Positions 49,070-60,576 of a stretch of 64,000 bases of DNA are shown one piece after another (position 1 is the first letter of the stretch; each line of letters opens with the position of its first letter). Both the position numbers and the translations under genes were made by a program. The stretch is taken from NCBI GenBank assembly GCA_963842945.1, contig CAWJIM010000021.1:160001-224000 (forward strand), given 5' to 3'. Source of the DNA: an uncultured Gemmatimonadales bacterium (GTDB lineage Bacteria; Gemmatimonadota; Gemmatimonadetes; Gemmatimonadales; GWC2-71-9). Below the pieces are notes generated by a model, which saw nothing but the letters and a program-made list of their open reading frames with translations, was not told where the DNA came from and ran no database searches.

Positions 49070-49212
49070 GAATCTCCTTGTTCTTCCATGTCGAAAACTC
49101 GCGTGCGATCACTGCCAGCCGACAACGTAGACCTCGTAAGAGGATGATGGAGTGATCAGTCTCACCGAAAATGCAGCGGGAGCAGAAGGTGGATGGGTTA
49201 TACTATAGGCAC

Positions 49213-49294
49213 GCGAACGTGGCGGAATCGGCAGACGCGCAGGACTTAGGATCCTGTCCCGAAAGGGGTGCGGGTTCAACTCCCGCCGTTCGCA
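49213..49294 (+). tRNA. tRNA-Leu, anticodon TAG (CCA not encoded)
   Basis: Acceptor stem GCGAACG/CGTTCGC; anticodon arm CAGGA-CTTAGGA-TCCTG; long variable arm; GGTTCAAC T-loop. Confidence 0.96.
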
Positions 49295-49428
49295 TTCGAG
49301 ATGTTCGGCCCCGCTTCCCTCCCTTCCCCGCTTCCCGCTTCCCCGCCTCCACCCCCCGGCACGTCCATTGCTCTGTCCGCTCTTCCGGTCGTACTAGCCT
49401 CTGAAATCACGCTTTACGGAGTCGGGCC

Positions 49429-50178
49429 ATGTCAGACAGACGGGTTAACGGGCATCTTGCGTCAACCGGCATCCTGGTCCTGATCTTGGGGCTGCCGTTG
49501 TTCGGCTGCGCGGGCAAGTCGGCTGAAGCCGCCCCGGCACCGGCGGCAGCATCCCGCCGGGCCACTACGGTGCAGCCGGCGGTCAGGACGGAGCAGGACC
49601 GGCGCATGTCCCGTCTGGAGCTCGCCCTGCTGGAGAAAACGGCGCAAGTCGAAGACCTGCAGGGCCAGCTGGACGAGGCCCGGGAAGAGGTAGTTCGCGC
49701 CATGGCCAAACTGCAGACCCTGGCCAGCAGAGCGGAGGCGGCATCGGGCATGGCAGAGGCCGAGGTTGCGCTCCAACCCCTCAAAGTCCGGTCGGCCCAG
49801 CAGACGGTGCCCGAGGCCACCCAGGCGACTCGGCTCCTGCGGGAGGCGTCCACCGAGTTCAACCAGGAGAATTACGGCGGGGCCTTATACCTGGCGACCC
49901 AGGCCAAGGCCCTGGCGGCCGCTGGTACCGGGCGGCTGTCAGGTCGGGATCGTACGGCTGACCGGCCCGGTGAGAAGCCATTCGCCGTCCCCGTCCCGCT
50001 CAAGGCTGTCGGCTCGGGAAATGTGCGTGAGGCACCGGGCACCACTGCCCCAGTGGCATTTGCGGTGGCGGGTGGGGACAGTCTGACCGGTTATTCCTAC
50101 CTGGAGGACTGGGTTCGGATCAGCGATGGCATGGGGCGGGGCGGCTGGATCTTCCGGAAGCTGATTGTCCGCCGCTAG
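49429..50178 (+). CDS. Lipoprotein with coiled coil and C-terminal SH3b-like domain
   Basis: Lipobox LFGC; NVREAPG...WVRI...GGWI pattern. Confidence 0.72.
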   Translation: MSDRRVNGHLASTGILVLILGLPLFGCAGKSAEAAPAPAAASRRATTVQPAVRTEQDRRMSRLELALLEKTAQVEDLQGQLDEAREEVVRAMAKLQTLASRAEAASGMAEAEVALQPLKVRSAQQTVPEATQATRLLREASTEFNQENYGGALYLATQAKALAAAGTGRLSGRDRTADRPGEKPFAVPVPLKAVGSGNVREAPGTTAPVAFAVAGGDSLTGYSYLEDWVRISDGMGRGGWIFRKLIVRR

Positions 50179-51828
50179 CTAGGCCTTTCCCTTCGACTTG
50201 GCCGGCTTCGTGCCGGCCCGCACCACCCGGTTCCGCCCGGCGCGCTTGGCGGTATAGAGAGCCTCGTCCGCATTCGCAATCACTTCCTCCGCCGTCTCCC
50301 CATCGTTCGGGAACTCGGCTATTCCGATGCTCAGGGTGATCTTGCGCCCGGCAAACTGGTGGGACTCGACCCGGGCTCTGATCCGCTCCGCCACTTCATT
50401 TGCCACCTCCCCGCTGGTGCCGGTTAGCAGCACCGCGAACTCTTCCCCGCCGTATCGGGCCGTGCAATCCTCGTCCCGGGTGGAGTTCAGCAGAATGGTC
50501 GCCACCTTCTTGAGGACCTCGTCTCCGGCCGGGTGACCGAACGCATCGTTGTACTTCTTGAACTCGTCGACATCCGCCATGAGGACGCTGAACGCCCCCT
50601 TATGGCGATAGGACCGGAGCAACTCCTGGGAGAGGCGCTGGGTGAGATAACGGCGATTGTACAGGCCGGTGAGCGAATCCGAGGTTGAGAGCCGTTCCAG
50701 ATCCTCGTTCTGCTTGCGCAGCCGATCGTTCATCGCGTCCAGCTCCTGGCGACCCTGCCGGAGCCGGGCGACCATGTGGTTGAACACATCGGTCAACTCC
50801 CCGACTTCGCCGGTGGCGGCAGGCAGGTCCACCGCCAAGTCGCCCTCGGCCACCTCGACCGCGCCCTGAATCAGCCGCTCGAGCGGCCGCACGATCCGGA
50901 TTCCGAGGCGGTATGCTGTGAAGCCGACGGTGAGCAGCAGTCCGCATACCATGAGCAGGGTCCCATTGCGGAATCGCCGGATCTGCTGAAAGGCGGCCTC
51001 GGCTGGAATCTCGGAGACGACGGCCCACTTGGCCCTCGGAATTCGCTTGAGGCTTCCCACCACTTCCGCGCCCGACAGGCCCTCGTAGCCGATCACCAGT
51101 CCCTCGCGCGACTTGAGCCGGTCAAGCGTGCGCGGCTTGAGACGTGACTTCATGAATTCGGCGGAGCTCTCGGCGGTCCCCACCAGCATGTCGCCGGCGA
51201 TGGTGATCAGGAAGGCCTGGCCCCCGCGCGGGGCAAAGACCCGCAATCCTTTTTGCGCCCCGCGGAGGCTGAGCCGCGCCGCGAGCGCCCCGAGCATATG
51301 GCCCTCTCCACGCTTGACCGGCACCGCCACCACCAGCACCCCCCTGGTCAGCGACGCGTCCCAGCTCGCCTGGCCCACTAGCGCGTCATTGGTACTCAGC
51401 TCCTTGGCCCAGTCGGGCGGAAGGGCGATCGCCTTGCCCTGGGGACCGGTAGCGGCAACCGGCCGACCCTGGGGATCGAACACCACGAGATCTTCGTACT
51501 CGTTGAATCGGTCACGTACCGAGGTGAGATAGTCGTTGAGGCGTTCCTGCGAGTTTCCTGGCCGCTGCCGGGACAGCTTTTCCGACACCTCGTAGGAGCT
51601 GGCGAACACCCGGAGGTCGTACAGGCGCTCCTTCAGCCATACATCCATCTCGCGGGCTGCCTGGCCGCTGGAGCTGAGCAGCTCCTGTTTGATCTTTGCT
51701 TCCAGGGCGCGGCTGTTCTGACTATAGGAAATCCATGCGGTGAGCCCGGACGGCAGCAGGGCAACGATCAGCGCAAACACCAGAATCTTGCTTCGGACCG
51801 TGTCCAGTTTCAGCCGCAGCTTAGGCAA
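50179..51828 (-). CDS. Diguanylate cyclase (TM, Cache-like, HAMP and GGDEF domains)
   Basis: DSLTGLYNRR, DVDEFKKYND and RYGGEEF motifs; TTG start with GAGGAG RBS. Confidence 0.92.
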   Translation of the reverse strand: MPKLRLKLDTVRSKILVFALIVALLPSGLTAWISYSQNSRALEAKIKQELLSSSGQAAREMDVWLKERLYDLRVFASSYEVSEKLSRQRPGNSQERLNDYLTSVRDRFNEYEDLVVFDPQGRPVAATGPQGKAIALPPDWAKELSTNDALVGQASWDASLTRGVLVVAVPVKRGEGHMLGALAARLSLRGAQKGLRVFAPRGGQAFLITIAGDMLVGTAESSAEFMKSRLKPRTLDRLKSREGLVIGYEGLSGAEVVGSLKRIPRAKWAVVSEIPAEAAFQQIRRFRNGTLLMVCGLLLTVGFTAYRLGIRIVRPLERLIQGAVEVAEGDLAVDLPAATGEVGELTDVFNHMVARLRQGRQELDAMNDRLRKQNEDLERLSTSDSLTGLYNRRYLTQRLSQELLRSYRHKGAFSVLMADVDEFKKYNDAFGHPAGDEVLKKVATILLNSTRDEDCTARYGGEEFAVLLTGTSGEVANEVAERIRARVESHQFAGRKITLSIGIAEFPNDGETAEEVIANADEALYTAKRAGRNRVVRAGTKPAKSKGKA

Positions 51829-51878
51829 GACAGCTCCTCGGTCAGGTTAGGTAGCGCCGATAGGGTGAGGCCACTGAA

Positions 51879-51894
51879 GCAGGTACCAGGCCAA
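51879..51894 (-). promoter_or_regulatory. Candidate sigma54 promoter for the diguanylate cyclase
   Basis: Minus strand TTGGCCTGGTACCTGC, GG-N10-GC. Confidence 0.45.
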
Positions 51895-52073
51895 TCCTTA
51901 TGGCTATGGTGCGCAACGACATAGGTGGATGAAGCGGGGCGGAAAAAGCGGTGCGCTGCCGACGGTCTGGCAGATTCCCTGAGCCGGCCTAGTCTCGCGC
52001 CGGCAGCTTTCGGACGGTGCCGGTCAGGGCGGCAATGCGAAGCTTGTAGATGGTGGGAATGTCGGTCGGTAAG

Positions 52074-52103
52074 TTGACACTCAGCCGCGGGCGGTCTTAG
52101 CTT
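52074..52103 (+). promoter_or_regulatory. Sigma70-type promoter
   Basis: TTGACA-18 nt-TAGCTT. Confidence 0.65.
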
Positions 52104-52133
52104 GCCAGCGAACGATCATCAGCCGGAGCAACA

Positions 52134-52226
52134 ATGTATCACGGTCTGCGGCACCTCCTCGAGCTCAATCCCCGGCGGCACAACCGCTGGCTTCGCTGCG
52201 CACCGCGCAGAGACCAGGGAGCGTAG
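52134..52226 (+). CDS. Putative leader peptide (30 aa)
   Basis: GGAG RBS; MYHGLRHLLELNPRRHNRWLRCAPRRDQGA*; lies between the promoter and the terminator. Confidence 0.6.
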   Translation: MYHGLRHLLELNPRRHNRWLRCAPRRDQGA

Positions 52227-52266
52227 GCCTTAGCTAGAAGCTCGGACAGTACGTCCTGCACCCAGG

Positions 52267-52291
52267 CCCGCTCAAGATGAGCGGGTTTTTT
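52267..52291 (+). terminator. Intrinsic terminator in the 5' leader (attenuator)
   Basis: CCCGCTCA-AGA-TGAGCGGG-TTTTTT, ending 23 nt before the activator ATG. Confidence 0.85.
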
Positions 52292-52314
52292 GTTGAGCTT
52301 TTACTGGAGTCGCA

Positions 52315-53922
52315 ATGACCAACCCGGCTACCGGGGATGTCCCGCGGATCGTGGTTCATCCCCCCGCCTTGCTGCCGTCCGAAACGAAGCCCCGCCCCAG
52401 CGAGGCTGAGACGGACCCAGCTCCGCTGCTCCGGACTGAGACCGGTGAGGCCAGGAAGCTGGGGACTCTGGTCGACGTCAGCCAGACCCTTGCCGGACAT
52501 CTGAGTCTCCCGGCGGGGCTTTCAGGCGTCCTCCTGATTCTGGTCCGCCGCTGTTCGGTGCTTCGTGGAGCCGTGGCTCTCTTGAGCGAGCAAACCGGGG
52601 TCTTGGAGATCAGGGCCCAGGTAGGGCTGCACCACGATCGGGAAGGCGGTCACTACGGTGCCGCCCAGGGAATCCTCGCGGAGGCAGCCACCACGGGTGA
52701 GACTATCGTCATCGCCCGCCAGGTCGATGGAAACAGCGAACACACCGCGCTGGCAGTTCCAATTGTCTTGCACCGGCGCTGCATCGGCTCGTTGATGGTC
52801 GAAGTGCGATTTCGTCCCGAACGCGACGTGGATCGGCTGCTGAAATTTCTGCGGGTGGTGGCCTCCATGATTTCGCAGGCGGTCCGGATTCACCGGCTGC
52901 TCGAGGTGGAGCGGCAAAAGCTGGTCGCCGAGAACGCTCAGCTGCGCCAGGAGCTGCAGCAACGGAATCCCCTTTTCAATCTCGTGGGGGCGAGCGGCCC
53001 GATGCGTGAGCTCTACGAATCGGTGGCCAGGGTCGCCGGAAGTAACACCACGGTGTTGATCCGGGGCGAATCGGGTACGGGCAAGGAGCTGGTCGCTCAA
53101 GCCATCCACTTGCACTCGCCCCGAGCCAAGAAACCCTTCATCAAGGTGAACTGCGCGGCGTTGCCGGAGACTCTGGTCGAATCCGAGCTGTTCGGCTACG
53201 AACGAGGGGCGTTTACCGGAGCGCTGCAGCGGAAGAAGGGGCGCTTCGAGCTGGCCGACGGCGGAACGTTGTTCCTGGATGAGATCGGCGAGCTGAGTCC
53301 GGCCACCCAGGTAAAGCTGCTGCGGGTCCTGCAGGAGCGAGAGTTCGAGCGGGTAGGAGGAACGGAGTCGGTTCCGGTGGACGTGCGGGTGATTGCGGCC
53401 ACCAACCGGGACCTGGAGAAAGCACTGGCCGACGCCAGCTTCCGGGAAGATCTGTACTACCGGCTGAACGTCTTCCCCATCTTCATCCCGCCGCTTCGCT
53501 CCCGAAAAGCGGACGTGCTTCCCCTGGCAGATCACTTCATCGAGAAGTACGCCCGGGAGCACGGGAAGAACATCCGGCGGATCTCCACGCCGGCTATCGA
53601 CCTGCTCTCCAGCTATCACTGGCCCGGCAACGTGCGCGAGCTGGAGAACACCATCGAGCGAGCCGTCCTGCTGGCGGACGGAGAGGTCATTCATGGCTAT
53701 CACTTACCGCCGACGCTGCAGACCGCGGACGCCACCGGCACGGTAGTGAGCACTTCGCTGGATGGTGCGGTCGAGGCCTTCGAGCGCAGTCTGATCGAGG
53801 ACGCCCTCAAGACCGCCCGGGGTAATCGGTCCCGGGCCGCGAGGCTCCTGGGCACCACTCAACGGGTGATCAGCTACAAGGTCAGGAAATACGGGATAGA
53901 TCCGGCTCGACTGAAGTCGTGA
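52315..53922 (+). CDS. Sigma54-dependent activator (GAF-AAA+-Fis HTH, NifA-like architecture)
   Basis: [20 protein letters not shown] and [10 protein letters not shown] motifs; C-terminal HTH. Confidence 0.93.
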   Translation: MTNPATGDVPRIVVHPPALLPSETKPRPSEAETDPAPLLRTETGEARKLGTLVDVSQTLAGHLSLPAGLSGVLLILVRRCSVLRGAVALLSEQTGVLEIRAQVGLHHDREGGHYGAAQGILAEAATTGETIVIARQVDGNSEHTALAVPIVLHRRCIGSLMVEVRFRPERDVDRLLKFLRVVASMISQAVRIHRLLEVERQKLVAENAQLRQELQQRNPLFNLVGASGPMRELYESVARVAGSNTTVLIRGESGTGKELVAQAIHLHSPRAKKPFIKVNCAALPETLVESELFGYERGAFTGALQRKKGRFELADGGTLFLDEIGELSPATQVKLLRVLQEREFERVGGTESVPVDVRVIAATNRDLEKALADASFREDLYYRLNVFPIFIPPLRSRKADVLPLADHFIEKYAREHGKNIRRISTPAIDLLSSYHWPGNVRELENTIERAVLLADGEVIHGYHLPPTLQTADATGTVVSTSLDGAVEAFERSLIEDALKTARGNRSRAARLLGTTQRVISYKVRKYGIDPARLKS

Positions 53923-54149
53923 CCGCCCTTCGCTTCAGGAGCCGCCTCAGTGCGGGAGGAGTAGGCGGCGACCGCGGCAACGAGCAGATTGGCCACGATG
54001 ACCGGCAGCGCGTGGAGCATGATGCCGTACACCACCCAGAGGAGCGCGGCTGCGGCCTGGGTCAGGCGGAGAGCTTGCTGGGTCTTGCGGGAGTAGGAGG
54101 CCAGGAACACGGCCGTCGCGAGCCATCCCAGCGCGTCGGCGGCTCTCAT
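53874..54149 (-). CDS. Small three-TM membrane protein (YgjV/PQ-loop-like)
   Basis: [13 protein letters not shown]...LWVVYG...PVIVAN; ATGA overlap with the upstream HAD gene. Confidence 0.7.
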   Translation of the reverse strand: MRAADALGWLATAVFLASYSRKTQQALRLTQAAAALLWVVYGIMLHALPVIVANLLVAAVAAYSSRTEAAPEAKGGHDFSRAGSIPYFLTL

Positions 54150-54956
54150 GCGACCGCCGGGTGCTTATCGGGATGGGCTCCCCGGATGATCAGGGAGTCA
54201 GTCCGCGCCTTGTCCCACTCCTGCAGCACAAAGCCGTGGGAGCCAAAGAAGGCGCGGATGGCGCCGGCGTCGAGTTTGACGATCTCTTCCAGCACCGGCA
54301 CCATCACGCTGAGCACGTCGTCGCTGAGCACGGTTCTCCGGGCGATCGGGGTAAGGAACTTGTTCTCGGACACCGCGACCGTCAGTCCGTCCATCCGGTT
54401 CACGTGCAGCATGACATGCACGTCCGACCCGCCGTCTCCAACGTAGACGATGCGATCGCCGCTCAGTCCCAGCTCGGCCCGAAGCTGGTCCAGCACGGCC
54501 ACCTTCCCGTACCCGGCCGGTGCCCTGATGATGGACTGGATCTCGCCCGTTTCCGGGATCGTAGCGGAAACGGGTGCCGTGGATCCGCTCGGGCGGAACC
54601 ATTCCGGCCAGCGCAGCACGGATCACTTCCTCCGGCGCGGCCGAGATGACGCAGAAGGTGAAGCGGAACCCCTGCAGTGAGTCCAGCACCCGGCCGAGCA
54701 CCGCGATATGCTGCTTCAGGCGGATGCGACGGCCCACCTCTTCCAGGTCCTCCTTTCGAACCCGCCGGTATTCCGGATCGTGGAGCAAAAGATAGGAGAG
54801 CTCGGCGCCCTGATTCACCAGATGCATGGACGAGAGCCCCGAGCACTTTTCCTCGAACCCGCCGATGCCGAGCATCTCGCTCAGGAGGAAGCCGGAATCG
54901 TTGAAGCTGAGCGTCTGATCGAAGTCACTGGCCAGCAGATAGTGCTTTGGGTTCAT
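54146..54956 (-). CDS. HAD-IB family phosphatase (frameshift near 54550)
   Basis: [17 protein letters not shown] and YVGDGGSD motifs. Confidence 0.85.
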
Positions 54957-55288
54957 GGGCGCTTGACCACCGTCTGTGACCGGGCGGCGACCTCCCGCCG
55001 CACGATGGCGGCGTCGAGAAACGCCTGCTCCAGCGGAGCCAGGCGCGGACGTCCAGCCTCGGCCGCCGCGCCGGGACGCTCGGTCAGCGGCGCCGGGGCG
55101 CAATGAATGACCGGCGCCGCCTGATTCCATTCCTTGGCGCGCTCTCTGGAGCGGGCTGCGAGCCTCGCACCGGTGTCGTTGGCCGATCCGAATGCCTGGC
55201 TCTGGGCCTGCAGCGCGCCAGCGCGACTCATTCCCAGCACCAGCATCATAGGCGCCATCATCGAGATTGTTGGATATCTCATCCGCAT
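54953..55288 (-). CDS. Small secreted hypothetical protein
   Basis: GAGGAG RBS; signal-peptide-like N-terminus (…ALQA-Q); ATGA overlap with the HAD gene. Confidence 0.6.
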   Translation of the reverse strand: MRMRYPTISMMAPMMLVLGMSRAGALQAQSQAFGSANDTGARLAARSRERAKEWNQAAPVIHCAPAPLTERPGAAAEAGRPRLAPLEQAFLDAAIVRREVAARSQTVVKRP

Positions 55289-55398
55289 CACTCCTCTGAA
55301 AACATCAAAGCTTCGCCGCATGCTGACGCTCGGCGAAGACGATCGAGTCACGATTGCGCAACGAGCCGCGACTTTCGTGGGGGTCCAGCGATACGAAG

Positions 55399-55521
55399 GC
55401 AACCCGCATGCCACGCATGAGGCACACGAATCACCCTCGCAGAGGAGGGCTGCGCGAGATCGGACCTGAAGCAACCCGACCAGATTGTCGGAAGCCTTCG
55501 GTCCAATCGACAAAATTGTTA
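55399..55521 (-). promoter_or_regulatory. Sigma54 promoter with two palindromic upstream sites
   Basis: Minus strand TGGCATGCGGGTTGC (55413-55399); CGACCAGATTGTCG at 55477 and CGACAAAATTGTTA at 55508. Confidence 0.75.
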
Positions 55522-55803
55522 GATCGGATGGGTGACGCTATCTGGAGAATCGCCGGTCCTGCAGCAGTTCACGGCAGGTCGATTGCGCGGAGCAAGACCA
55601 GTCGAGGCACCGAGGATTCTGGTGGGCCCACAGGATTGAGTCGCCCAGGGGGCCGGAGTGTCCCGGCCGAGCGGCCGAGTGCTGGCTGGGGTCGGCCTGG
55701 GGTGCCATGGGCGGCGGCTGGTCCGATGACCGCCCAGTGCAACGATTGGCGCGGCGCTGTCCAAATTGACCCTGAGGTCAGCGTCAGGGTAGATTCCCGC
55801 ACA

Positions 55804-57057
55804 ATGAGTTCCATCACCGTCGAGAAGACTGCCGAAGATTCCGCCTCCAAGTCATTACGTGTGACGGTACCGGTAGACCGCATCCGCGAGGCGGAAGAGC
55901 GGGCCTTGAAGTACTACGCCAAGCGGGCCCGGCTGCCGGGCTTTCGACCGGGCAAGGCGCCGGACACCGTCGTCCGCAAACGCTTCGGCGATGCCATTCG
56001 CCAGACGGTACTCGAAGAGGTGATTCGGGAGAGCTGGGAAACCGCCAAGACCAATGAGTCGCTCAAACCGATTACCGATCCCTCGATTCGCAATCTGAAG
56101 TTCGAAGAGGGAAGCCCCATCGAGTTCGAGCTGCACGTGGAAGTGCGGCCCGAGCTCAAGCTGGATCGAACCGGCGGCTTCCGGCTGGAGCGCCGGGTGG
56201 CGCCGGTGAGCGATGAGGCGGTGGCGGAGCAGGTGACCCGAATTCAGGAGCACAAGGCTACCTGGATCCCGATCGAGGGGGCCAAGCCGGCCCCAGGGCA
56301 GATGGTTCGAGTGGAGGTTGCTCCGGTAGAAAACGGAGTGGCCGGATCGGCTCAGCCTCACGATCTGGTGCTGGGCGAGAACCAGGCCATTCCGGAGCTG
56401 GAAGAGCAGATCATGGGGCTCCTCCCGGGCGAGACCACGGAAACCGAGGTCCGCTTTCCCGAGGATCATCCTGACGAGTCCCGCCGGGGTCAGACTCGCC
56501 GGGTGCGGATCACGCTGCACGAGGTCAAGCGGCAGGAGTTGCCGCCGCTGGACGATGCGCTGGCGCGCGAGTCGGGAGATTTCGAGGGCCTCGATGCGCT
56601 CAGGGCCGCCATCCGCCAGGATCTCGAGCGCGAGGCGGGCCGCGAGGCCGATGCCCAGCTCCGGCAGCAGCTGATTGCCCAGATTGTCGAGGCTAACCGG
56701 GTCGAGGCTCCGCACTCCCTGGTTCACCGGCTGCTGCACGGGTACGCCGAGATGTACAAGGTCCCCCAGGACCAGCTGGAGGGGTTCGAGCAGCAGTTTC
56801 ATGGGATCGCGGAAACCCAGGTCAAACGCGATCTCGTGCTGGATGCTCTGATCGAAGCGCACGGTCTCCGCGCCACCGAGGCGGATATTGACGAGCGAAT
56901 CAACAGCATGGCCGCTGCCCGGGGAACGCCTGCCAGCCAGGTGTACGCTTCCCTGCAAAAGGCCAACCGGCTCCAGGAGCTGGAGCGGGTGCTTACCGAA
57001 GACAAGGTCTTCGATTTCCTCCTGAAGCAGTCCACCATTGAAGAGGTCAAGTCTTGA
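55804..57057 (+). CDS. tig: Trigger factor
   Basis: [10 protein letters not shown] ribosome-binding signature; FKBP-like middle domain; upstream of clpP. Confidence 0.95.
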   Translation: MSSITVEKTAEDSASKSLRVTVPVDRIREAEERALKYYAKRARLPGFRPGKAPDTVVRKRFGDAIRQTVLEEVIRESWETAKTNESLKPITDPSIRNLKFEEGSPIEFELHVEVRPELKLDRTGGFRLERRVAPVSDEAVAEQVTRIQEHKATWIPIEGAKPAPGQMVRVEVAPVENGVAGSAQPHDLVLGENQAIPELEEQIMGLLPGETTETEVRFPEDHPDESRRGQTRRVRITLHEVKRQELPPLDDALARESGDFEGLDALRAAIRQDLEREAGREADAQLRQQLIAQIVEANRVEAPHSLVHRLLHGYAEMYKVPQDQLEGFEQQFHGIAETQVKRDLVLDALIEAHGLRATEADIDERINSMAAARGTPASQVYASLQKANRLQELERVLTEDKVFDFLLKQSTIEEVKS

Positions 57058-57059
57058 CG

Positions 57060-57692
57060 ATGGCCACTCTGTATCCGCCCTATATCATCGAGCGTTCCAG
57101 TCGCGGCGAGCGCACCTACGACATCTTTTCCCGCCTGCTGATGGACCGCATCGTGTTTCTGGGCGCTCCCATCAATGACGATGTCTCCAACATCATCATC
57201 GCGCAGCTCCTGTTCCTCGAGGCCGACAACCCCGATAAGGACATTTACCTCTATGTCAACTCGCCCGGCGGGGTGGTTTCAGCCGGCATGGCCATCTACG
57301 ACACCATGCAGCACTTGAGGGCGCCGGTGAATACCATCTGCATGGGGATGGCTGCTTCGATGGGGTCCTTCCTCCTGGCGGCCGGGGCCAAGGGCAAGCG
57401 CAGCGCGCTACCTCATTCCCGAATCATGATCCACCAGCCCTCGGGCGGGGCCCAAGGGACTGCGGCGGACATCGAGATCCAGGCCCGCGAGATCCTCTAT
57501 CTCCGCTCCAAGATGAACTCGCTCTACGCCCTGCATACCGGGCAGCCGATCGAGACCATCGAACGAGACATGGATCGCGACCGGTTCATGAGCGCGGAAG
57601 AGGCCAAGGCCTACGGTTTGATCGACAGCGTGTTCACGCCGCACAAGGAGTTGGTGCCACACACGAACGGCAAGGACCGCAAGGAGACTTGA
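57060..57692 (+). CDS. clpP: Clp protease proteolytic subunit
   Basis: [15 protein letters not shown] and MIHQP motifs. Confidence 0.98.
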   Translation: MATLYPPYIIERSSRGERTYDIFSRLLMDRIVFLGAPINDDVSNIIIAQLLFLEADNPDKDIYLYVNSPGGVVSAGMAIYDTMQHLRAPVNTICMGMAASMGSFLLAAGAKGKRSALPHSRIMIHQPSGGAQGTAADIEIQAREILYLRSKMNSLYALHTGQPIETIERDMDRDRFMSAEEAKAYGLIDSVFTPHKELVPHTNGKDRKET

Positions 57693-57753
57693 CGGTCGGG
57701 AGACCCGGGGGCACTTTACCCGGCACCCAATCACCTCCATCACGAAGCGCTCC

Positions 57754-58997
<1,244 letters not shown>

Positions 58998-59001
<4 letters not shown>

Positions 59002-59708
59002 GACAAGCAGGGCAGCGGGGCAGCGGGGCGGCGGCGGCAGAGCCGAAGCAGTCGGAAGGAAGTCTCAGGGGCGCACTGGGTGCGCCCTTCTCACGTGCGG
59101 CTGGTGCACCCAATCCACTGGCCTCCCAGCCGGTCGAGTTTGTCGGCTCGTTTCCCGACCCCGGCGTACGGCTGGAGCCTTTGCTACCCGAGATCGCCTT
59201 TATCGGGCGATCCAACGTGGGCAAATCGAGCCTGATCAATGCCCTGCTGGTCCGACCCGGGCTGGCCCGGGTCAGCGGCTCTCCCGGCAAAACCACGCTC
59301 CTCAATTTTTACCGGCTGCCATCGCTGTATCTGGTGGATCTGCCGGGCTATGGCTTTGCCCGGGCCAGCAAGGCCGACCGGGCCGGCTATCGGAAGCTCG
59401 TCAACGGCTATCTCCGGAGCAGGCAGATGCTGAGCGGGATCGTGTGGCTGCTCGACATTCGACACGACCCATCGAAGGAAGATCGGGAGATGCAGGAGTT
59501 ATTGATCGAGAGCGGCCGACCCGTGCTAGCGGTCTTGACCAAATCGGATAAGTTGAGCCGCTCCGCCACTGCTGCCCGTCAGCGTGAGCTGGCGGAGATT
59601 CTGCAGCTCCGGACGGAACAGATCGAAATGACCAGCAGCCGCTCGGGACTGGGAACATCCGAGCTGGCCCAGAGTGTCTTGGCCGCCGTCCAGGGGGGAA
59701 GCCGATGA
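58998..59708 (+). CDS. engB: GTP-binding protein EngB/YihA
   Basis: [15 protein letters not shown] and TKSD motifs. Confidence 0.93.
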
Positions 59709-60322
59709 GCCTGCGTCATATTGGTCTTGCGGTTCTGGCGCTGGGGTGCGCTCACCCGGCCACCGGCCAGTCTCAGGATCAGGGCCGGCCCCTCCCCCAG
59801 GGGTATGGCAGCCTGACGCAGGACGATCTCTCGCTCCGAGTCGGGGACGATAACCTGGTCATCCGATTCGTCCCGCTCGATCCGAGATTGATGCCCCTCC
59901 TCGCTCGGGACGCCGCTCAGTCGCTCCGGTTCCTGCTGGACAGCCATAAGCGCGCAATCGATTCCGTGGCGTCGCGCGCCGGAGTGGCCACGCCGGGTAT
60001 TGGGCTGGTCAGCTTCTTCGGACAACGCGCCGATGCCAGGTTCGACCCCCAGACCTTGACGATCCTTATCCGAAACCGGGTTTTCCGTCCCCTCGGCGTG
60101 ATTGCCCTGAGCCCGAAGTTCAATTCTCAACAGCTCGGCGTACGAGAGCAGGCGAGTGCGCTGTACCTGTTCGAGGAGGAGATACCGGTGAACGACTCGT
60201 TCTTGCTGTCCTACGGGGTGTTGACCTCGGAAGACTGGGAGCGGAAGCTGCCGTTATTGGACCGGGAGCGAGCCCGGGTGGCCGCCCGTTCCCGAACCGA
60301 ACCGATCGACACCGGCCGGTAA
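59705..60322 (+). CDS. Hypothetical lipoprotein
   Basis: Lipobox LALGC; ATGA overlap with engB. Confidence 0.7.
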   Translation: MSLRHIGLAVLALGCAHPATGQSQDQGRPLPQGYGSLTQDDLSLRVGDDNLVIRFVPLDPRLMPLLARDAAQSLRFLLDSHKRAIDSVASRAGVATPGIGLVSFFGQRADARFDPQTLTILIRNRVFRPLGVIALSPKFNSQQLGVREQASALYLFEEEIPVNDSFLLSYGVLTSEDWERKLPLLDRERARVAARSRTEPIDTGR

Positions 60323-60576
60323 CCACCCTCAAGGCCGGCGCTCAGTAACATTCCCAGGATTTACCAATAGTTGCGCTCATCAGCGGGTCGGCCTGGCTGG
60401 CCGTCCGGGCCCACCGCAATGACCCTGCCAAAGCCTGCGGCAGCCCCCATGGGAGAGCTGGTTTCAGGTAAACCCCACCACTGCAATCCCCACCACTGGT
60501 GTCCCAACTTCCCCCTGCCCATCATTAAACTGTACGCGCACTTCCACCCCCTCACGGGGACTGAACGAGACCCCCC

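Noticed and set aside
52315..53922. nifA and nitrogen fixation
   Set aside because: Only the domain architecture is shared. No nif genes are present and the nearby palindromes are not TGT-N10-ACA.
55787..55803. attR copy of the tRNA-Leu 3' end
   Set aside because: Only TCCCGC (6 bp) matches, which is expected by chance.
60473..60498. CCCCACCACTG direct repeat upstream of the acyltransferase
   Set aside because: Only two copies with no supporting context, too weak to call.
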